Both the position numbers and the translations under genes were made by a program. Under the pieces are notes generated by a model. It saw only the letters and a list, made by a program, of their open reading frames with translations. It made no database searches and was not told the DNA's origin. DNA of 64,000 nucleotides from Patescibacteria group bacterium (GTDB taxonomy: Bacteria; Patescibacteriota; Microgenomatia; UBA1400; PJMF01): the NCBI GenBank assembly GCA_045541795.1, contig JAZQJV010000010.1, forward strand, positions 72,333-136,332, written 5' to 3'. Numbering within the stretch: the first letter of the stretch is position 1; the number at the start of each line of letters is the position of its first letter. Below, piece after piece: positions 1-9,789 of this stretch.

Positions 1-804
1 GGCCTCGCTGCCGGGGTAAAAAACCATCACCTTGCCATCTGGTACGGGTCTTGTGCTTTCTACATATTTACAATAGGCCACCAAATGATGCCAACCGCTA
101 AAGGTGGCAAAAAGAAATCCCGCCAAACCGTCTACATAACCACGGTGGCGCAAATAAATACTCCAAAAAGTACAAAAAGGTTTCCAAAAACAATACTTCC
201 ACAAATTCCAGCCATTTATCGGCACTTTTTGTTCGGCAAGCTGCATTGCTTTAAAACTCGTGTAGGTGTTAAACTTGCGCCAATAACTTTCTAAATCCGG
301 ATTAGCAAAATGCAACAAATGGCCATCAGCCGTCCCGATTTTTCCTTTTACTTTCATCTGTTCATGCACGTCTTTGCCGGGCAGATAAGCCTTACCTGCA
401 TAAAAAAGCCGGATCACGCTATCTGGATATTGCCCACCTTTTTGCAGCCAACGGCGCAAAAATAAATTTTTCCGCCGGATCTGCCACGCCGCGTATTTAT
501 CTGGTTTTTCGCGGTTTATCCGGATGACAAATTCCCGTAAACTGTTATCCACTACCTCATCCGCATCTAATTGTAAAATTACATCGCCGGCGGCGGCGTC
601 AATTGCCATTTGTTTATTGATGTGAAAGTTCGCTTTATTGGTAGTATTGATCACTCGTGCTCCAAAGCCTGCTGCAATCTCCACTGTTTTGTCGCTGGAC
701 TCTCCATCTACAATTACAATTTCATCTGCCCACTCACTCACGCTCGCTAAAGAATGAGCCAACGTTTTTTCTTCATTGTGGACTGCATACACGACACTGA
801 TCAT
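1..804 (-). CDS. Glycosyltransferase family 2 (runs off the window start)
   Basis: Not in the ORF track; manual translation from ATG at 804: MISVVYAVHNEEKTLAHSLASVSEWADEIVIVDGESSDKTVEIA...LQLDADE. GT2 N-terminus plus DxD; ATGA overlap with the stop of the upstream gene. Confidence 0.9.
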   Translation of the reverse strand, partial: MISVVYAVHNEEKTLAHSLASVSEWADEIVIVDGESSDKTVEIAAGFGARVINTTNKANFHINKQMAIDAAAGDVILQLDADEVVDNSLREFVIRINREKPDKYAAWQIRRKNLFLRRWLQKGGQYPDSVIRLFYAGKAYLPGKDVHEQMKVKGKIGTADGHLLHFANPDLESYWRKFNTYTSFKAMQLAEQKVPINGWNLWKYCFWKPFCTFWSIYLRHRGYVDGLAGFLFATFSGWHHLVAYCKYVESTRPVPDGKVMVFYPGSEA

Positions 805-2438
805 CTCACCCTTTCCCACGCCTGCGTTTCCTCATTATACCATATCACTTGCGAATAGCTACTATCATCAAAATCTAGATCACTAAAATGATACTGTAAC
901 AAATCGCTGCCAGCTTTTATGCCTGCCAGATCAGCATTTTCTCGTGAGAGTGTCGTCCAAAAAAGCTGAGGATCTAATTTTAAAAGCCACGCGAGTTTGA
1001 TATACTCATATTGTCTTTCCGCCGTCCGGACCAAAACCGGCCGGTTATTATCAAGCTCGCTCAAGACTTTTTCCATCCCCGTGTGATAAATATTCGTTTG
1101 GGGCAGCTCAGTAAAATACCGATAAACATACATTCCTGTTTCCGCCAGTTGTACGCCCACAATTACGCCCACCGCAATCAGTATGTACTTTTGCTTTATC
1201 TGTTTTTTTAACTTCCGAAATAAGTGACAAACGGTCACTGCGCTCATCACTGTCAAAAGATAAAAAAACTCTAAGCTCCGGGTAGCATGAGGACTATCAG
1301 TCGTAATCACGCTCGGCACCAGCGCGCCAAACAATACAAAGGCCAGCACTAAATACGGCGATGTCAAAAATGACCGCCAACTTTTCTTCCTCCAAGAGGT
1401 GGCCATATCACGTACCACCATTCCCAAAAAATAAAGCAGCGCCACATATATTATCACCGTTGTCATCAGCGTCAGATGGCCGCTACCAGCCAGTTGATGC
1501 CACGGATGAGTCCCGCCTCGCCACCAAAAACCAGGTGCCAAGCTCGAGAGAGTATTGCCGGCCAGCCGTCCGGCCAAATACACATATTTGCTTCCGGCAA
1601 ACGCCCGCAGCCATCCTGGTAAATTTTCCCGGTAAATCAAGTAAAAATGATGCACAGTGGGATCAGAAAAAAGCGTAATCCCGCCTTTTTGTGCCGTCAC
1701 CGGCAAAAGAATACTCCAGCACAAAATGACGCTCACGCTCATTGTCACAAGTAGCGGCAGCCACCACTGCCAGCCTCGCTGCCAACCGCACCAGACTACT
1801 ATTATTAATAGTACACTCGTGATCAAAAGCGGCGCATTATATGTCAAAAAACTTGCAACCAACAGCACAAAAATAGTCACGAGCTGCCACAACGTCCAGC
1901 TCTTTTGACTCCTCCACGCTTTTGCAACCAAATACACTGCCGCCACCCACAAGCACATGCCCACGTTTGCCTCCCAAGCTCCACGGCTATACCAAATAAA
2001 AATCGGATTAGCGCTCACCAATAATGCACTGATGAGCCCTGCAATTTTGCCATTTTTTTGTCCACCAAATAGCTGCCCCAGCGCATATGCCAAGATGATC
2101 AGCACCGTCCCAGAAATTACAGACGGCAGCCGTACCAACAAATCAGGTTTTATATACCGATCAAGGCCAAGGCGGTATAAGCCCACTAAAAGATATGGAT
2201 ACCCCGGCAATTTTTGGTCGCCAAAGCTTTCCAAAAAAATCGGCCACACCCGCCGCCACTCGTCCATCCCCGTGTGCGAGAGCAAATATGCATTATAAGC
2301 CAGCGCTGCTTCATCACGATTGAGTCCTGCCGGCAGCTCGCCCACTTGATGTAGGCGGATGATCAATCCCGCCATCACTATCAGCGCCAACAGAAATTTT
2401 TGCCAATAAGCCGCAAAAAATTGTCGCCATTTATTCAT
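801..2438 (-). CDS. ArnT/PMT-like (GT39/GT83-type, GT-C fold) membrane glycosyltransferase
   Basis: P.GLNRDEAALAYNAY...G.DEW...WP...SFGD.K.P motif after the first TM; many TM helices; PHATR motif. Confidence 0.85.
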   Translation of the reverse strand: MNKWRQFFAAYWQKFLLALIVMAGLIIRLHQVGELPAGLNRDEAALAYNAYLLSHTGMDEWRRVWPIFLESFGDQKLPGYPYLLVGLYRLGLDRYIKPDLLVRLPSVISGTVLIILAYALGQLFGGQKNGKIAGLISALLVSANPIFIWYSRGAWEANVGMCLWVAAVYLVAKAWRSQKSWTLWQLVTIFVLLVASFLTYNAPLLITSVLLIIVVWCGWQRGWQWWLPLLVTMSVSVILCWSILLPVTAQKGGITLFSDPTVHHFYLIYRENLPGWLRAFAGSKYVYLAGRLAGNTLSSLAPGFWWRGGTHPWHQLAGSGHLTLMTTVIIYVALLYFLGMVVRDMATSWRKKSWRSFLTSPYLVLAFVLFGALVPSVITTDSPHATRSLEFFYLLTVMSAVTVCHLFRKLKKQIKQKYILIAVGVIVGVQLAETGMYVYRYFTELPQTNIYHTGMEKVLSELDNNRPVLVRTAERQYEYIKLAWLLKLDPQLFWTTLSRENADLAGIKAGSDLLQYHFSDLDFDDSSYSQVIWYNEETQAWERVR

Positions 2439-4179
2439 GACTACTTTCTAGTGGCACCCAGTGCCCTACCGCGAGCACTGGTTTGCCACCTACATCCTCG
2501 ATCACTGCTGCTTCTGGCGTCGCTGTCAGCTGTGTCGATTCTGCCATCGTCAGCACAAAAAGTTGTTCCTTTTCTTCCCAACCCGGGCCAAACTTGATTT
2601 TATCTGGTGTATAAGTAATGTATTCAGCCTGATCATAGCCCTGTTCACCGGCTATCGCTTGCAAACTCGCCGGCGCGATCTGCCGATACCAAAAATAATA
2701 AACCGCCGGCCGCCCCAGCTCACGCGTCACGTACACCGGTAGCTGAGGATATTTTTCCTGCCACGCCGCCAATTCACGGTAAGCCGCCTCATATCCGTCT
2801 TGCCAGTCACCAGCAAAAGCGCGCGGATAATAGACGTGATAATAATAAAGCCAGGCTGCCAACATGCCAACGTAAATCAGCGTGACAACCATCACCAGCC
2901 ATGGCCGCCATCTTTTTCCCACCAAGTTCATTACTTCCACCCAGCCAGCAGCCACCACCATCAGCAGTAGCGGCAGCAATGTCAGCGTCCGCAGCAAATG
3001 CGGTGTCGCTCGAGTGAAGCTGGCCGGCAAGACCGCGATCACTAGCCAAAAAAGCAGCCACGCTAGCCGTTCTTGACGACGGCGCCAATTCTTACTTAAA
3101 TACACGACACCCAAAAACAGCGCGATCATTTCTACCGGATACAGCACACCAAAAAGCCCCACACTATGGCGGCGATTTACATCTCCATGGAAGAATAAAT
3201 AATCCCAAGTGAAATGATCGCCAAAATTTTGTAAAATCTGCCGCGCAAAAAACCAGTAGCGATGACACCACCACCGAGCCAATAAACCCTCGCCTCCCAG
3301 CTGCCGGCACTGATTACTCTGTTTGATAATCTCCACGTCACTAAAAATCGACGTTTCGCTAAAGCGATTTGTCAGTGAACGCTTACTATCTAATACAAAA
3401 GGCGTCAACGCCACCATCGCCAGTATCGACATTACACCTAGACTACGCCAGATCTTGCGCCATCGTTGTGGCGCCTCCCGCGCCAGCTTATGCCAACGCC
3501 ACCACAATAAATAAATGCCTGCCAGAGGGGCAATCACCCGCAAAGAGTGATAAGTATAAAAACTCAAAAGTAAACACACTTCACCACCTACAGCCGGCCA
3601 ATCAAACTTCGGCATAAATTTTTTTTCACTTTTTTCAGTTTTGCGGTCCGCTGAAGGATAAAGTAAATACACACCGCCCAAGAAAAAAGCCGTCGCCAAC
3701 ACTGTCTCAAAACCTACATGCCCCAAATGTATAAAACTCGGATTGATCGCCACCAAAAGCATCACTAAGTTTTCCCACCACCAATATTTATTTTTTAATT
3801 CTGGGAAAACTTTTCCCGCTAGTCTCCCAGCCAGCCACACGATCATGACACTTGCAAGCAAACTCGGCACTTTGACCGCCAAAAGCTGCGGCCCTATTAC
3901 CATCATGACTAAGGCCACCGCATAAAAATAACCACTAGGCTTGTAATCACCAAAACTCACCAGTGCGCTCGCCGGCAAAAAATTACCATGCATGTCGCGC
4001 GCGGTAGTCGCCAGTGACCAACCATCGTAAGCTAAAGCCATCTCATCCCAATAAACACTCGGCGGGACTTGGCCCAAACCCCACACGCGCAGCAAAAAAG
4101 CCACAAATAAAATCAAAATACTCAAATAAAAAGGATGCTGTCGTATTTTCCTCCACCAGTTAGCAGCTACCTTCATCAT
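2431..4179 (-). CDS. ArnT/PMT-like GT-C membrane glycosyltransferase
   Basis: PPSVYWDEMALAYDGWS...SFGDYKP, GDVNRRH, PHLLR motifs; multi-TM; paralog of both neighbours. Confidence 0.85.
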   Translation of the reverse strand: MMKVAANWWRKIRQHPFYLSILILFVAFLLRVWGLGQVPPSVYWDEMALAYDGWSLATTARDMHGNFLPASALVSFGDYKPSGYFYAVALVMMVIGPQLLAVKVPSLLASVMIVWLAGRLAGKVFPELKNKYWWWENLVMLLVAINPSFIHLGHVGFETVLATAFFLGGVYLLYPSADRKTEKSEKKFMPKFDWPAVGGEVCLLLSFYTYHSLRVIAPLAGIYLLWWRWHKLAREAPQRWRKIWRSLGVMSILAMVALTPFVLDSKRSLTNRFSETSIFSDVEIIKQSNQCRQLGGEGLLARWWCHRYWFFARQILQNFGDHFTWDYLFFHGDVNRRHSVGLFGVLYPVEMIALFLGVVYLSKNWRRRQERLAWLLFWLVIAVLPASFTRATPHLLRTLTLLPLLLMVVAAGWVEVMNLVGKRWRPWLVMVVTLIYVGMLAAWLYYYHVYYPRAFAGDWQDGYEAAYRELAAWQEKYPQLPVYVTRELGRPAVYYFWYRQIAPASLQAIAGEQGYDQAEYITYTPDKIKFGPGWEEKEQLFVLTMAESTQLTATPEAAVIEDVGGKPVLAVGHWVPLESSHE

Positions 4180-6887
4180 TCACTTTCTTCTAATTCTGTC
4201 TCCAACGTCGTGACAGGCGCCGTCTTCGTAATGCACCAAGCCAAATGATGCCACGGCCCAAAATAATAATTGTTGGTATGAGCACACTGACTAGCAATCA
4301 TCGCTTTCATATGTTCATCAATCTCCAGTGGCGAGTAAATTACTGCCGTCTTACTTTTTTGTAAGTGACTACTTGTCAGTTTACCTGTAAACATATATTT
4401 TTCCGAAAGCTTACCAAAGCGATAGGCTTCCGGGCTCAAATGCTCAGCCAGCAAAGCATAAATGTAAGGTTGTTCCAGACTGCTTGCAAAAATAATTTGA
4501 TCAAATTCACTATTTTTTACCGATAAATCAGCAAAAACATCCAGCAAATTTACCGCAAACAAATACGCGGCGTCCTTTTGCAACTCGCCAATCCGGCCAG
4601 CGCGTACCTGTTCACCAGTCGTGACTGTCACCTGCGACACCGGCGCAAAAATCTGCTGATAATGAACCCATGCTACCATCCATTCCAGAGTAATAATCAC
4701 CATCGTCATCATCACACAGCTTGGATAATACATCGCGCGCGCACGCCACCAGCGCCGCCACGCCACCAAAGCCAATACATCCAAAATGACCACACCTACC
4801 ACCACCGGCAGCGCTTGGTTACTATGCGGGATCTGATCAGTGATCGCTGCTGGGACCAGCCCACCAAAAAATAAAGCCAGGCCCAGTAAGGCAACTTTAC
4901 CATATTGCCGGCGCCAATCGGCAAAAATCACCACTGTCGCCAAAAGAATCAGCAGTAGCGGCAATTCTGCCCACCAGAGCACGCCAAAAGTTGCATCGCC
5001 ATGTCGCACGTTTGCCGCTTGCCGGCCGTAAACTTGCGCGTCAATCGTCGCTCCGCCCCAGAGGAAATCCGGACTCAAGTACTGTCCATAGTGCTGACTA
5101 AATCGTGACCATTTCTCACCCACGCTCAAGCTCTCATCGCTCAAAAAAGAAGAACTGCCGCGCGAAAGACCCAAGCCTTTACCAGTGAGCTGTCCGTCAC
5201 CGCAAACCCCACCCTGCCAGTGCGGCTGGCCGTCTACACTTTGTGACCACGCCAGCAAGGTAAATGGCCGCTCTGGCGCCACCTCACAAAAACTATCCTG
5301 GAGTAGGGGAGTAAGCAAAACCACACCGGCCGCCACTGGTGCCAGCAAAACCCGCCGGCACCGCCACAGTCGACGGCCAAAAAGCACCGCCACCGCCAGC
5401 AAAATCAAAAACACCGTAATTTTGGCCGAGTGATAGCTATAAAGCGCCGCCACCAAAGCCAGCATACTCCCCACAAGCGGCCCGCACCACCATTTATCCG
5501 CCCAGTAATTACCATTGTCATCAGTCTCACTGGCCCCAAACTTTGCCAACCCATAAATGGCCGCCAACTGGAAAACAAGTGCCAGCCCACTTTCAAATCC
5601 CAGATGTGAAAAATGGAAATGCCACCAAGAAAGCGTCAGTAACGCGCCTGCCAAAGCCGCATACGTCAGGTGATGCTTATTTTTTTCGCGCAAAAGCAAA
5701 TCCGTCAATTTCATCACCAACCACACGCTCATCACACCGGCCAGCGCAAAAGGCAAACGCACAGCCCAAATCTGCCGACCAAGCATCAGCTGGAAAGCAC
5801 CCACCAAATACACCGCCAACGGCGCTTTATAATCACCAAAAGACCGAAACGTCACCGGTAAAAAATTCAGCCATTCATCACGTCTGGTCTCCCACACGCT
5901 GATACCATTATAAGCCAGCGCCGCCTCATCTACTGTCAGTCCGCGCGGCATCTCTAACAGACCCAAACGAGTGACCAGTGCTGCTATCAAGACGACAGCC
6001 CATAAGCGTAGTGCCGGGAATTGCTTGAGCTGCCAATACCAGTAAAAAAACAAAAATTGCCATTTCTGCCGTCCACGGGCGTGTTTCCAAGCGAACTTCG
6101 TGCCGCCCCGCCAGCTCATCGCCGCAATTTTCTCCTCACCAAAAACATCTTTGTTTGTGGTCTCATGTACGTGCTCCACCACGGCTTTGTGGCAGTAAAG
6201 CACCTGCCAGCCGCGCGCTCGCGCTGAGTATGAAATATCTATATCTTCCCAATAAGCCGGGTAAAACTTAGTGTCAAACCCGCCCAAAAGCCGCCACTTG
6301 GTGATGTCAAAAAGACTGCTGCCACCGCACGCCCACGCCGTCTCGCCCGAATGATCCAGATTATCATCGCGCCGGTGCCAAAATCTACCCTTACTCCACC
6401 AAAGCTGATTACGCCCGCTTACCTGGCTGCCATGATTGACGTCAATTTCGCACGCGCTCACCGCAAAAACACTGTCGCCATTTTGCATCATCGCCCACAA
6501 ATTGTCTCGCACTCCCGCTCTGGGGCGCACGTCATTATTGAGCAACAAAAAATAGTCATTGTCTATCAGCGCTACTGTATCATTGACATTACGCGCAAAC
6601 CGCCCACACCGGTAGCGCTGAAAAAAAGAAATGGTAATCGGCTTGCCGTGCTCACTAATCCGCGCCCGGTACAACTGCCCCGCCGCACTCACATCTGGGA
6701 TCAGCTGTAAATCATACTTTTGGCGGAAATAGCGTAAATTTTCCAAATTGCCCGCCGCATCCTCACTGATGAGTAGTTCATCTCCGGCTTGCATCTGCGC
6801 CAGCACACTCGGCAAATTTTTCTCCAGCAAATGTTTTCCATTATAGGTAGGGATTAAAAAAGTAATTGCCGTGTGTTTTTTTGCCAT
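4176..6887 (-). CDS. Fusion: GT2 glycosyltransferase (N-term) + ArnT/PMT-like GT-C domain (C-term)
   Basis: N-term IPTYNG...LLNNDV...GGFD..FYPAYWEDID (GT2); C-term PRGLTVDEAALAYNG...SFGDYKAP. Start placed at ATG 6887 (MAKKH), just after the upstream stop. Confidence 0.85.
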   Translation of the reverse strand: MAKKHTAITFLIPTYNGKHLLEKNLPSVLAQMQAGDELLISEDAAGNLENLRYFRQKYDLQLIPDVSAAGQLYRARISEHGKPITISFFQRYRCGRFARNVNDTVALIDNDYFLLLNNDVRPRAGVRDNLWAMMQNGDSVFAVSACEIDVNHGSQVSGRNQLWWSKGRFWHRRDDNLDHSGETAWACGGSSLFDITKWRLLGGFDTKFYPAYWEDIDISYSARARGWQVLYCHKAVVEHVHETTNKDVFGEEKIAAMSWRGGTKFAWKHARGRQKWQFLFFYWYWQLKQFPALRLWAVVLIAALVTRLGLLEMPRGLTVDEAALAYNGISVWETRRDEWLNFLPVTFRSFGDYKAPLAVYLVGAFQLMLGRQIWAVRLPFALAGVMSVWLVMKLTDLLLREKNKHHLTYAALAGALLTLSWWHFHFSHLGFESGLALVFQLAAIYGLAKFGASETDDNGNYWADKWWCGPLVGSMLALVAALYSYHSAKITVFLILLAVAVLFGRRLWRCRRVLLAPVAAGVVLLTPLLQDSFCEVAPERPFTLLAWSQSVDGQPHWQGGVCGDGQLTGKGLGLSRGSSSFLSDESLSVGEKWSRFSQHYGQYLSPDFLWGGATIDAQVYGRQAANVRHGDATFGVLWWAELPLLLILLATVVIFADWRRQYGKVALLGLALFFGGLVPAAITDQIPHSNQALPVVVGVVILDVLALVAWRRWWRARAMYYPSCVMMTMVIITLEWMVAWVHYQQIFAPVSQVTVTTGEQVRAGRIGELQKDAAYLFAVNLLDVFADLSVKNSEFDQIIFASSLEQPYIYALLAEHLSPEAYRFGKLSEKYMFTGKLTSSHLQKSKTAVIYSPLEIDEHMKAMIASQCAHTNNYYFGPWHHLAWCITKTAPVTTLETELEESE

Positions 6888-6888
6888 G

Positions 6889-7983
6889 CTACATTTCCAA
6901 CATTTGCCAACATCTTTTTTCAAAGTTGGCCAAATCAAATTTCTCGGCCCGCTCGCGCACCTGCAGACTCACCTCGCGGCGCATCTTCTCACTTTTGATA
7001 AATTTGCGCGTGATTTTGAGGCACTCAGCTTCTGTGAGCCAACCAAGATACCGCAGTTTATTGCCCAAAATTTCTTTTTGTCCACCCTTGGCGATCACCA
7101 CTGGCACGCAACCTGCTGCCATCGCTTCTACGGTAGAAATACCGAAGTGTTCCATTTTTTCTGGGTGGACGTTTTCGTCATCCGTCGCGCCAGTAGCGTG
7201 CCAATAAATCGCGGCGCGCGCGTAATAATCCAAAAGTTTTGCCCGGTCCACATCAGTAATTATTTCCACCGGCAAATCCCTAGCTATCGCTTGCACTTTT
7301 TGCAGATAATCCATACTCTCCACCGAGCCAATCAGTACCAATTTCCAGCCAGCCAGCAGCTGCGGATTTCTATCCCGCAAACGGCGGAAAGCTTCCACCA
7401 GCAAATGTTGATTTTTTGTATGCAAACTATCAAAAAAACGGCCTACATTCAAAATAATTTTTTCTTTCTCTACCGTCTTTTCTTGCAAAGCCTTCACGTC
7501 TACTCCTGGCTGGCATACCAAATCCACCTTGATCTGCCAAAATTTTTCCACTACTTTTTTGGTAAAAAGTGAATTCGTATTGATTACCTGGAAACGTTTA
7601 AATTTGGCTTTTTCCCGGCCTGAGCGCGGAGCTAGGGTCAGCGGCACCTGGATATGCATGATGTTACGCCTGGCCAAAGAAAAAAAAGCACTACCATCCG
7701 TCACGAAGTAAAGACAATCATACCCTCTCGTCCACCACAATTTCCTGAGCCGTCGGCCTTTCATGCCCAAAGGTGTCGCCACAAAATGTAATTTATCCAG
7801 TTTCCGGCCCAAAAAGTGTTCGTACTTTTTTTTGATCGCGTCCAAATCCGTCTTGATGCGCCCGGCGCAAATAGCGATCGTCACGTCATGTTTGCTGGCA
7901 TAAACAAGCGCTGTATCCAGCAAATACTTCTCTCCACCTCCAAAATGATCTGGTAAGTATGGTGAATAAAAAGCTATTTTCAT
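6889..7983 (-). CDS. Glycosyltransferase family 4 (GT-B)
   Basis: GGGEKY N-terminal motif, VGRF...K, EHFGISTVEAMAAG. Confidence 0.92.
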   Translation of the reverse strand: MKIAFYSPYLPDHFGGGEKYLLDTALVYASKHDVTIAICAGRIKTDLDAIKKKYEHFLGRKLDKLHFVATPLGMKGRRLRKLWWTRGYDCLYFVTDGSAFFSLARRNIMHIQVPLTLAPRSGREKAKFKRFQVINTNSLFTKKVVEKFWQIKVDLVCQPGVDVKALQEKTVEKEKIILNVGRFFDSLHTKNQHLLVEAFRRLRDRNPQLLAGWKLVLIGSVESMDYLQKVQAIARDLPVEIITDVDRAKLLDYYARAAIYWHATGATDDENVHPEKMEHFGISTVEAMAAGCVPVVIAKGGQKEILGNKLRYLGWLTEAECLKITRKFIKSEKMRREVSLQVRERAEKFDLANFEKRCWQMLEM

Positions 7984-8000
7984 AAATTTTCTGTATTATA

Positions 8001-8825
8001 CTATACTTTTCCTGGTTTTAATGAAGCAATCACTTGCTGTTCTAGGTCCTCATATTTTTCACTTATCGTGGGTCGCTGCTGCAATTCCCAGATCTGGATA
8101 AAAACAAACGCCCGGTTGCAGGCTTGTACCAGTGCTTCCACAAAACCCACCATCCCGTCGCGGTATCCTTTTTGCCGACAATAACGCCGATAAAATTCCA
8201 TCACCATTTTGCGCAAGATCGTCCCGGGCGTGACCAGCGGCCAGCCGTCGGCGACGTAAGCCTCCGCCTCCTTGATCGTCCAGCGGCTACTTTTAGCTAA
8301 ATTAGCCGCCGTATCCCGGTGGGTAAAATGTAGTAAGGGATTACTCAAATCTCCTGTTTTACCTTCATATATAGGACTTTCATGAATAGCACCTTTCCAG
8401 CCAGTCAGCGCCCCGCGCCGGAAAATCCTAGTCACGTAGTCTTCTTGCCAGCCGCCAGCCGTCATCGCCTCACCATAATGATAATCTTGCCGGCGCGCTC
8501 TCCAAGCACTAATTTGCGGATCAGCCAGCTTGTCGCGCATCTCCGCCAGCAGGGCACCATTTACCCGCTCGTCAGCATCCAAGTAAAAAACCCATTCAGT
8601 CTGTACCTCAGCCAAAAACTCACTCCGGATCGCAGCGAAATCCTCACTAGCAGTTTCCCGCCACGAAGCACCATTTTCCCGGGCCACCTGCTCGCTTTCA
8701 TCCCGGCAATGATTGCCGACCACCCACACAGCCTGCGCCCAAAAAAGCTGAGGCAAAAGATGGCGCAAATTGGCGGCCTCATCACGGGCGATAATGATCA
8801 GTGTCACTGACAATTGATTCGTCAT
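8001..8825 (-). CDS. Glycosyltransferase family 2
   Basis: IIARDEAANL, WVFYLDADE, IHE motif; TGGTATAAT lies 6 nt upstream of the ATG. Confidence 0.9.
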   Translation of the reverse strand: MTNQLSVTLIIIARDEAANLRHLLPQLFWAQAVWVVGNHCRDESEQVARENGASWRETASEDFAAIRSEFLAEVQTEWVFYLDADERVNGALLAEMRDKLADPQISAWRARRQDYHYGEAMTAGGWQEDYVTRIFRRGALTGWKGAIHESPIYEGKTGDLSNPLLHFTHRDTAANLAKSSRWTIKEAEAYVADGWPLVTPGTILRKMVMEFYRRYCRQKGYRDGMVGFVEALVQACNRAFVFIQIWELQQRPTISEKYEDLEQQVIASLKPGKV

Positions 8826-8912
8826 GTGGGTATTATACCACAGGTGCCAACGAGTCCCAAACTACAAACTAACTAATGACAGTTGGTAATAATTAGTTAC
8901 CAGCAATTTATA

Positions 8913-9013
8913 ATTGAGTATTTATTGTATACAATAAATTAATTTAATACCTATACATCAGCATTTTTAAAATACGTTATTTTCATTAGCAGACGGAGTG
9001 TGAGACTGCTAAT
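8913..9013. repeat. ~100-bp direct repeat, copy 1 (left flank of cassette 1)
   Basis: About 79% identical by manual alignment to 15652-15751; contains the perfect 20-bp palindrome ATTTATTGTATACAATAAAT (8920-8939). Confidence 0.9.
8986..9012. promoter_or_regulatory. CIRCE-like inverted repeat
   Basis: TTAGCAGAC-N9-GACTGCTAA versus canonical CIRCE TTAGCACTC-N9-GAGTGCTAA. Confidence 0.6.
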
Positions 9014-9033
9014 CATTGCGTCACAATTGCCAC

Positions 9034-9061
9034 TTGCATTTTTGCGGAAGGAGAGTATAAT
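9034..9061 (+). promoter_or_regulatory. Sigma70-type promoter of cassette 1
   Basis: TTGCAT-16-TATAAT, then CAGAAAGTAATT-ATG. Confidence 0.6.
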
Positions 9062-9078
9062 GATCACAGAAAGTAATT

Positions 9079-9780
9079 ATGGAGAGTGAGAGCAAAAAAA
9101 CTAACCAGTTTCTCAATCAGCATCAAATTAGTATTGCAATTGTAGTCGTGGCAATTGTGAGTGTAATCATGTTTATTTGCTGGGAAGTAACAAAAAAAAA
9201 GAAATCAACATATGAACTAGCTCAAAACCCCGTCATTATCAGTAACAACTCTGAACAAATAGTACAAGCCAATCCTGAAGTCGGTATCCGCGGCGACGAA
9301 CCTACAACTACCGACCTTTACGAACAAATCGGAACACAAGAAGTCGACACTGATCATGAACTCAATCAACTTTTAGCTGGTCTCGGCATCGAATTGGAAC
9401 AAGTCTGGGATAACTCCAATCTCCAAGCCCATACAGCACTAGAAAACTATCTTGCTGAGCATCCAGAAAGCCCAATGGTTCCCCCAGGAACCTACGAAGC
9501 CTATGCTATCTATGAGGGTTCGCAAGAAAAAGATTTGGCAGCTTTACAAAACGCTGGCTACACAGTCGGCGGCAAAATTTACCCCGATGGCACTTATGAT
9601 GCCACCTTTTTGGGATTCAACTACAAGATGAAATACGATCAACATCACGTTTATTTTGATGACAATGCTAACGATGGCATTAGTGCCTGGAATGAAGCAC
9701 CGTATGTATGGGACGGCGAAGTGCTTCATATTGCTGTGCATGCAATCGACGTTTACTTGGTCAGAACAGGAGATGTCTAG
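9079..9780 (+). CDS. Membrane-anchored protein A with small C-terminal beta-rich domain; paralog of 27388-28035
   Basis: Single N-terminal TM; PPGTYEAYAIYEGSQEKDLAALQNAGY...YD.H.Y...PY..DG matches A'. Confidence 0.8.
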   Translation: MESESKKTNQFLNQHQISIAIVVVAIVSVIMFICWEVTKKKKSTYELAQNPVIISNNSEQIVQANPEVGIRGDEPTTTDLYEQIGTQEVDTDHELNQLLAGLGIELEQVWDNSNLQAHTALENYLAEHPESPMVPPGTYEAYAIYEGSQEKDLAALQNAGYTVGGKIYPDGTYDATFLGFNYKMKYDQHHVYFDDNANDGISAWNEAPYVWDGEVLHIAVHAIDVYLVRTGDV

Positions 9781-9789
9781 GATATAACC

